Source: Haloquadratum walsbyi C23
GTDB taxonomy: Archaea > Halobacteriota > Halobacteria > Halobacteriales > Haloferacaceae
DNA length: 32,000 nucleotides
Reading direction: 5' to 3'
NCBI RefSeq assembly: GCF_000237865.1
Contig: NC_017459.1
Location: 1,170,001 to 1,202,000 of the forward strand
Below the pieces are notes generated by a model. The model saw only the letters and a program-made list of their open reading frames with translations. It ran no database searches and was not told the DNA's origin. Both the position numbers and the translations under genes were made by a program. This document shows positions 26,063 through 32,000 of the stretch, one piece after another (positions within the stretch are counted from its first letter, which is position 1; every line of letters starts with the position of its first letter).

Positions 26063-27961
26063 ATGTCTATGAGAAATCTCTCAGAGCGGTTCAAACGAAA
26101 CTCTGTTTTATGGATGTATCTTACACATTGGACACAGTATCGAAAGTATATTCTTATTGCTGTCGTCTCTGGTGCGGTTGGAACGGCGCTGACACAAATT
26201 CCACAGATTGCCTTCGGACTTGTCATTGAGGTCATTGACACAAGTGTGACGCAATCGCAATTTCCATTTGCTGACTCATTACTCTCTTCAAGCGCGCAAA
26301 AACGGACGACCCAGGTGAGTGTGATATTTTTTATTTCGATATTTCTGATTGCTATGTTCCGATTTATCTCAGGGTATCTGTGGGACGTATTTAAGGAATC
26401 ATTTCAAAAGAGCGTCCGCGTCGACTGCTATGAGTCCATTCAGGAACTTCACCCAAGACGATTTATCCAGCACTCTTCAGGCGAATATCTCAGTGTTATT
26501 GAATCGGATGTGAAACAGGTCGGTGACCTTCCACGGACGGTTCTTTCTGGTGTCTCAAACGATATTGTGAATGTCTTTACCACCGGTATTGTGTTATTCT
26601 CACTCAATTGGCAATTCTCACTCCTTTTGCTCACCCCAGTTCCGCTCATCGGGTGGTATGCACTGAGATTCAATCGTGTTATTGAACCACTTTATCAAGA
26701 GACAAGAAAAAGCTCAGCGTCTCTCACCGAGCAACTTTCCTCAAGCATTCGAGGCATACTCACGGTGCGGTCATACGTCGCAGAAGAAAGAGAAATAAAC
26801 CGGGTCCAGGAGGCATCGGAGAGTGTGCAAGACACGCGCTTAGCTGTGTCGAAGACGTGGCTCTCATACGCGCAGGTATTTGGGGTAACATCGCGATTTA
26901 GTAGCTTTCTCGTGTTGTCTGTCGGTGCATTTTGGGTAATCAACGGTCCACCGCTGTTTTTCACCCAGTCGTTAACGACCGGTGAGTTGGCTGTTTTCTT
27001 TACGAATGCAACGTTGCTGATTCAGCCCGCAACGAGTCTACGCTCGTATGTGGACGAGTATAAGGACGCAAAGGCCTCTGCTGATAGGGTGTACAATATC
27101 ATGCAGGTACAGACCGATGATACAAAACAGTTTGATGATAGATTTAACGAAATAGATGGGGATATTCGATTTGAGGAGGTGAGTTTCTCATATTCATTTG
27201 ATACGACAGACCCACTTAGCCAATTAAATAATGCGAGTGATGACGCTGACACTGATACTCATCAGGATGAGCCGTTCGCATTTGGTCCGGTTGATTGTCG
27301 GATCAAGCCTGGGGAGACAATTGGCGTCGTCGGTCGATCGGGATCAGGAAAAACCACATTCATCCGGTTACTTCTGCGGTTTATTGACGTCGATACTGGA
27401 ACGATACGGGTAGATAATAACGATATCTCTGAATATGATCCAAAGAGTCTCCGAGATCATATTGGATATGTTGAACAACAGCCATACATCTTTGATTCAA
27501 CACTCGAAGATAACATTCGATATGGAAACGTCTCAGCAACTGAAGAGGAACTCGAAAGGGCAATTGAAACAGCCGCATTGCAAGGACCAATTGCGGCAAT
27601 GGAGGATGGTCTCAAAACAAGCCTTGGCGAATCCGGCAGTCGAATGTCAGGTGGGGAAAAACAACGTGTTGCTATTGCACGGGCAATTCTCTCTGATCCG
27701 GAAGTGCTCGTGTTCGATGAGGCGACGAGTCACGTTGATAATATCACAGAAAGTAAGATACAAACCGCAATCGAGGAGGCAACACAAGACAGAACAACGA
27801 TCATCATTGCCCATCGGCTGTCAACAATACGGAACGCTGATAGGATATTTGTGCTTGATGATGGGAATATTGTCGAACAGGGAACACATGAGAATCTGCT
27901 CAGGATTGAAAATGGATTATACAATGAGCTCTGGTCAAAGCATGTCGGGAAAGTGCGTTAG
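26063..27961 (+). CDS. ABC exporter, fused permease and ATPase (MsbA-like half transporter)
   Basis: 632 aa. It has an N-terminal 6-TM domain, Walker A GRSGSGKTT, signature MSGGEKQRVAIARA and Walker B VLVFDEATS. Confidence 0.9.
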   Translation: MSMRNLSERFKRNSVLWMYLTHWTQYRKYILIAVVSGAVGTALTQIPQIAFGLVIEVIDTSVTQSQFPFADSLLSSSAQKRTTQVSVIFFISIFLIAMFRFISGYLWDVFKESFQKSVRVDCYESIQELHPRRFIQHSSGEYLSVIESDVKQVGDLPRTVLSGVSNDIVNVFTTGIVLFSLNWQFSLLLLTPVPLIGWYALRFNRVIEPLYQETRKSSASLTEQLSSSIRGILTVRSYVAEEREINRVQEASESVQDTRLAVSKTWLSYAQVFGVTSRFSSFLVLSVGAFWVINGPPLFFTQSLTTGELAVFFTNATLLIQPATSLRSYVDEYKDAKASADRVYNIMQVQTDDTKQFDDRFNEIDGDIRFEEVSFSYSFDTTDPLSQLNNASDDADTDTHQDEPFAFGPVDCRIKPGETIGVVGRSGSGKTTFIRLLLRFIDVDTGTIRVDNNDISEYDPKSLRDHIGYVEQQPYIFDSTLEDNIRYGNVSATEEELERAIETAALQGPIAAMEDGLKTSLGESGSRMSGGEKQRVAIARAILSDPEVLVFDEATSHVDNITESKIQTAIEEATQDRTTIIIAHRLSTIRNADRIFVLDDGNIVEQGTHENLLRIENGLYNELWSKHVGKVR

Positions 27962-28227
27962 TTCTCACTGCTCAGTGGACTGATTATGACATTGATATTG
28001 TACGCTTCAGGATCTGCTATATCATCAACTTCGGTGTCAATGCGAATAGTGCTAGTTCCATCGGCAAGAATATTCATATCAAATATTCCTTTATCAACTG
28101 CATTTGTCTTAGCGAAATTCACACCACTGTCTGTGCCCGGATTGCATATTGGATTAATTTCATAGCCAACAGCAACGGTAACCCTGCAAGCATCGATATT
28201 ATCATAATAACTATATCTGCGGGAGAA
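27958..28227 (-). pseudogene. possible 5'-truncated gene remnant (start-less open frame)
   Basis: My hand translation of the minus strand gives an 89-codon open frame (..YYDNIDACRVTVAVGYEINPICNPGTDSGVNFAKTNAVDKGIFDMNILADGTSTIRIDTEVDDIADPEAYNINVIISPLSSEN*). It has no plausible start codon near its 5' end. It sits at the left edge of the AT-rich R-M islet. Confidence 0.3.
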
Positions 28228-28243
28228 TCAAATAGAATGATAG

Positions 28244-29098
28244 ATGGAAGAGTATGAACTCTCTAATGGCGTCATTCACAGAGGAGACTGTCTTGATGGA
28301 TTGAGAGAACTTGCTGAAGACGCTATTACGCTTGGATTTACATCGCCTCCATATTTTAATGCTGTCAACTATGAGGAACATGTCGAGAAGGTGCATGGAA
28401 ACACAGATCACTGGGAACGTGAGGAGATGTCATATGATGATTATCAGGATTTCCTTATCAAACGTTTTGAGGAAGTATTTCGTGTCACAAGACCTGGCGG
28501 ACACACAATCGTAAATATCTCGCCTGTTCATTGGGAGGATGAGAGGGTAGCACTACCATTTCACCTTGTTGGGTGGATGGAGGATATTGGATGGACATTC
28601 AAAGAAGATATTATTTGGGAGAAACCTGTTGCGAAGGACCGACGATCTGGCGTCCTTCTGCAAAATCCATATCCAGGATATTATTATCCATCTGTAGTAG
28701 CTGAGTATGTCCTTGTGTTTCAAAAAGAGGCTGATGATGAGAATAAAAATAATATCTACTGGAACAGAACAGAAGAAGAAAAAACGAAGAATGAAATAAG
28801 CCTTGATGACTATCAAGGCGAGAAATCAAAAAATGTCTGGAAAATCCGTCAGGTAGCTCCCGGGGAGAACGAGCATCCAGCGCCATTTCCGCGAGAGCTT
28901 GCAGAACGAGTTATACAGTTTTACTCATATCAAGACGATACGGTCATGGACATCTTTGCAGGGAGTGGTCAGACGCTCCTTGCTGCACAGGATCTGGATC
29001 GAGAGTTTATTGGGTTTGAGACGCAGCACGAATACGTTGAGTACGCTAAGGACAGAGTGATAGATGAAAGTTCACAGATGACATTAGAGGATATCTAG
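28244..29098 (+). CDS. beta-class N4-cytosine/N6-adenine DNA methyltransferase
   Basis: 284 aa. Motif IV TSPPYFN is near the N-terminus (SPPY at 28343-28354) and AdoMet motif I FAGSGQT is near the C-terminus. That order is the beta-class permutation. Confidence 0.88.
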   Translation: MEEYELSNGVIHRGDCLDGLRELAEDAITLGFTSPPYFNAVNYEEHVEKVHGNTDHWEREEMSYDDYQDFLIKRFEEVFRVTRPGGHTIVNISPVHWEDERVALPFHLVGWMEDIGWTFKEDIIWEKPVAKDRRSGVLLQNPYPGYYYPSVVAEYVLVFQKEADDENKNNIYWNRTEEEKTKNEISLDDYQGEKSKNVWKIRQVAPGENEHPAPFPRELAERVIQFYSYQDDTVMDIFAGSGQTLLAAQDLDREFIGFETQHEYVEYAKDRVIDESSQMTLEDI

Positions 29099-29261
29099 TG
29101 AATGAATATGAGTGAACCAACCAACTTACTCAAGAGACTCCCACGAGGGCTCTATTCACAAAACTGAGAACGCCAACTACGAAATGAGCCGTAGACTCAA
29201 TTCATTCTTCGGATATAAATCAATCTCTTACCAGTGACAGTAATGATAATACGAATCGGAA

Positions 29262-30398
29262 TTACTGTTTCGGTGCTTTGAATCTATCATAGAGGTCCTT
29301 CTCAACAGATTCAGTATCCTCAGAGATAATAATAGTAAAGTCGTTTTTATTTGCCTCCTGAAGAAGTGAATCAATCTGCTTTCTTTTCCGATCTGAAACT
29401 GATTGTAAGTTGTCCTCAATACTGTCAGAATTAGATATGTATCCCTCGAGTTCATTCCCCGTCACACCAAGAATAGGAACAGGTTCATACCGTTCTCCAT
29501 CTATTTCGACCGTATCAAGATTTTTGAAGAGCATCATTCGGACTAATCCATTTTTGATGTCAGCAGTGCTCGGAAATGTCCTTGTTGTGTGTTTTTTCTC
29601 TATCAAGAATACCTCATTATCCTCGACCATTATCTCATCAGTCGTAAAGTAGTACTCTCCGCCGAGGTGGTCTTGTATTGTTATCCTACCCTTATTGGCT
29701 TTAACACTTTCTTTGGGCTGGAGAGTCAACGATTCCCTATTTTGCGCCTCCGCAGCGAGCCCCCTTGATTTTTGTTTGAAATCCTCAGCCTTCTCAGTCA
29801 TGCTATTCATTCTTCGCTGGAAATAGCTTCGTGAGTGCATTTCTACACCTGTTTCAGCGGATATATTATCATAGTAGTATTTCTCACTCAATTCAGCCAC
29901 TTCATCAAGATTGGATGCCTGATTCAAGTTCCACTGTAACGCATCTGAGTGATACTTCTGTAGTTCCTGGAATTTCTCTTTGATATATTCCTGATCGAAT
30001 GTTTGATTCGTTATTTTATTTTCATACTTCTCGTTTTTGTCAGCGTGTTTATATGGAGCGATTATTACATTGATTTGGAGGAGACTCATCAGCGAGAGCG
30101 TATCCCATTGTAGATAATCTCGGTCACCGTCCTTCCCCTCGTCTTTTACTAATGGCAGTATGGTAACTCGATTCTTATGATCATATGTATCATACACCCT
30201 TGCTCTTGGATAACTCCGTGTTCTCTTCGGCGAAACCCACCAGCTTATTGCATAATCGTTTTGCTCTGTGTTAACACGAAATGAACTATCACTGAATGCC
30301 TTTCCAGAATAAAAGTCCTTGATAGAGTATATGTTTAGCTCCTTAGATAATATTGGATTATAAGTAATGGATTCAATTTTTGCATTAACATCAATCAT
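29262..30398 (-). CDS. candidate type II restriction endonuclease (uncharacterised)
   Basis: 378 aa. It is convergent with and adjacent to the methyltransferase, and has a Lys/Asn/Tyr-rich, non-halophilic composition. A possible PD-(D/E)xK signature is D254...E267-K268-K269 (29592-29639). I recognise no family. Confidence 0.5.
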   Translation of the reverse strand: MIDVNAKIESITYNPILSKELNIYSIKDFYSGKAFSDSSFRVNTEQNDYAISWWVSPKRTRSYPRARVYDTYDHKNRVTILPLVKDEGKDGDRDYLQWDTLSLMSLLQINVIIAPYKHADKNEKYENKITNQTFDQEYIKEKFQELQKYHSDALQWNLNQASNLDEVAELSEKYYYDNISAETGVEMHSRSYFQRRMNSMTEKAEDFKQKSRGLAAEAQNRESLTLQPKESVKANKGRITIQDHLGGEYYFTTDEIMVEDNEVFLIEKKHTTRTFPSTADIKNGLVRMMLFKNLDTVEIDGERYEPVPILGVTGNELEGYISNSDSIEDNLQSVSDRKRKQIDSLLQEANKNDFTIIISEDTESVEKDLYDRFKAPKQ

Positions 30399-30469
30399 TA
30401 TATATTAACTCGTCCTGTTTGCATAACTCCTGGCTCATCGCTTAATGTTTTGGTATATCAATTATGGAA

Positions 30470-30520
30470 GTGCAAGGAGAAAGCCCAGTGCTTTCCCGTG
30501 CTTTCGCGCGGAGATGAATC
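30470..30520 (+). repeat. degraded copy D of dispersed repeat family
   Basis: GTGCAAGGAGAAAGCCCAGTGCTTTCCCGTGCTTTCGCGCGGAGATGAATC shares the RTGCAAGG box and hairpin region with copies B and C. The terminal GGATGTCAA has diverged. Confidence 0.3.
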
Positions 30521-30745
30521 CTCACGTTCATACTCGTTCACATTTGGTAGTCATTGCTGACATGATTAGTGCCAACGTCACTGGTCTATTGCGGACACTC
30601 ATTGGTGATACTTCAATCATCATCGTAGTACACATCTTAAGTGAAGAGGCTGTCTCTGCAAATGTGTTATTTTTCTGATTATGTTATCCGATTAATGTTT
30701 CCAGCGTAACCCTTTAACATTAATAATTAATATATGTATATGCAC

Positions 30746-32000
30746 ATGTCTACTGACAACGAAGTGCAATCACCAGCGGAGCGTAAATCAGCAATCAGTA
30801 AGCGACACGAACAGACAGCAAGCGAAGTGATGCCAACTCGGCGGTCACTGTACATTGGCGGAGAGTGGACTCAGAGTGCATCCGGGGAGACATTCGAAAC
30901 GAACGACCCCACGACAGGTCAAACATTAGCTGAGGTACAAGCCGGTGTCGCCGCCGATATTGACCGCGCAGTCGACGCAGCGCAGGAAGGCTACGATGAG
31001 CGTGTCTCTGAAATGTCATCAGCTGACCGACAGTCAATGTTAGAGACAATGGCTGATCGTGTTGAGGATAAAAAAGAGGAGTTTGCTCAACTTGAATCGC
31101 TAGATAATGGTAAGCCAATCACTGAGGCACGGATTGACGTTGACCTTGTCATCGATCACTTCCGATACTTTGCTGGAATGGCTCGGTCACATGAGGGTCG
31201 AACAATTGACACTGATGACTCCCGACATGTCCAGACACTTCAGGAACCTTACGGCGTGGTTGGACAGATCATCCCATGGAACTTCCCTCTGTTAATGGCC
31301 GCGTGGAAACTTGGACCAGCACTCGCAGCAGGAAATGCAACCGTTCTCAAGCCTGCAGAACAGACGCCACTCTCGATTTTGAAGCTGATGGAAGAAGCGG
31401 GCGACGCGATTCCCGACGGGGCGGTTAATGTCGTGACTGGATTTGGCACAGACGCAGGAGAGCCACTGTCGAAGCATGATGGGATTCGGAAGCTTGCATT
31501 TACCGGATCAACGAAGGTCGGTCGGTCTGTCATGAAAGCAGCTGCAGATACAATCACAGATGTGACATTAGAACTTGGTGGTAAGTCGCCACTTGTTGTT
31601 TTCCCAGATGCAGATCTTGATCGCGCTGTCGAAACGACAATTACGGCAATTTTCTTCAATACTGGCGAGTGTTGCTGTGCTGGTTCACGGTTGTTCGTTC
31701 ACGAAGACATCAAGAGCGAATTCATGGATAAACTTGCTGAGGCTGCAGATGATCTTGAGGTTGGTGACCCGCTATTAGAGGCAACAGATCTTGGACCGAA
31801 AGTGACAGCCGATCAGGTTGAGCGGACAATGGGGTATATTCAAGAAGCACGTGATGCCGGTGCGAATGTTGTCTCAGGTGGAGATGCACCAGATGATGAG
31901 GCTCTTGCAGATGGGTGTTTCGTCACTCCAACGCTTATTTCAGAGATTGATCATGATAACCGCGCAGTTCAAGAGGAAATATTTGGACCTGTGCAGGAGG
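30746..32000 (+). CDS. NAD(P)-dependent aldehyde dehydrogenase (partial, runs off the window)
   Basis: This gene is absent from the ORF track because it has no stop codon in the window. My hand translation gives MSTDNEVQ...LYIGGEW...PWNFPL...ELGGKSP...FFNTGECCCAGSR. In-frame alternative ATGs exist at 30734, 30740 and 30830. Confidence 0.9.
   Translation, partial: MSTDNEVQSPAERKSAISKRHEQTASEVMPTRRSLYIGGEWTQSASGETFETNDPTTGQTLAEVQAGVAADIDRAVDAAQEGYDERVSEMSSADRQSMLETMADRVEDKKEEFAQLESLDNGKPITEARIDVDLVIDHFRYFAGMARSHEGRTIDTDDSRHVQTLQEPYGVVGQIIPWNFPLLMAAWKLGPALAAGNATVLKPAEQTPLSILKLMEEAGDAIPDGAVNVVTGFGTDAGEPLSKHDGIRKLAFTGSTKVGRSVMKAAADTITDVTLELGGKSPLVVFPDADLDRAVETTITAIFFNTGECCCAGSRLFVHEDIKSEFMDKLAEAADDLEVGDPLLEATDLGPKVTADQVERTMGYIQEARDAGANVVSGGDAPDDEALADGCFVTPTLISEIDHDNRAVQEEIFGPVQE

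Noticed and set aside
30795-31659. Minus-strand ORFs 30795-31118 and 31249-31659 listed in the track.
   Set aside because: They are antisense to the aldehyde dehydrogenase reading frame. That frame carries unmistakable ALDH motifs and is missing from the track only because it has no stop codon in the window.
1-32000. CTAG looks scarce. I found under twenty occurrences by eye.
   Set aside because: CTAG avoidance is a well-known genome-wide property of haloarchaea and many other prokaryotes. My count is approximate, and the scarcity is not specific to this window or attributable to the methyltransferase here.

Overview
This looks like chromosomal DNA from a low-GC haloarchaeon. The evidence is strongly acidic predicted proteins, moderate GC and long AT-rich intergenic spacers. 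It resembles Haloquadratum by eye, which I cannot verify here. I can support 27 protein-coding genes and found no rRNA, tRNA or CRISPR array. Region 0.5-17.9 kb is an ion and osmotic homeostasis neighbourhood. It holds three USP genes (five USP domains), an APC amino-acid permease and two stand-alone TrkA/RCK paralogs with no TrkH. It also holds a 2-TM K+ channel with two RCK modules, a DUF2892 protein, an NRAMP-fold transporter lacking the canonical metal ligands and an SLC13/DASS permease with two TrkA-C domains. A LarA-like protein, an amphi-Trp protein and a CNNM/CorC transporter complete it. Region 17.9-30.7 kb looks more accessory. It contains an AT-rich islet with an HTH plus zinc-ribbon gene, a Bcp peroxiredoxin, a Tat lipoprotein and an RtcB ligase in an atypical context. 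It also contains membrane proteins, an SDR, an ABC exporter and an AT-rich type II restriction-modification islet (beta-class SPPY methyltransferase plus an uncharacterised partner with a PD-(D/E)xK-like motif). The window ends inside an aldehyde dehydrogenase gene. The most unusual signal not explained by genes is a dispersed 75-150 nt structured repeat family with five clear copies and one degraded copy. Each copy ends in GAGRGGATRTCA(A). Every intact copy points that end at the 3' end of a neighbouring gene, and in two cases it overlaps the stop codon. The architecture fits non-autonomous IS200/IS605 (TnpB/omega-RNA-like) or REP-like elements, but no transposase is present in the window.
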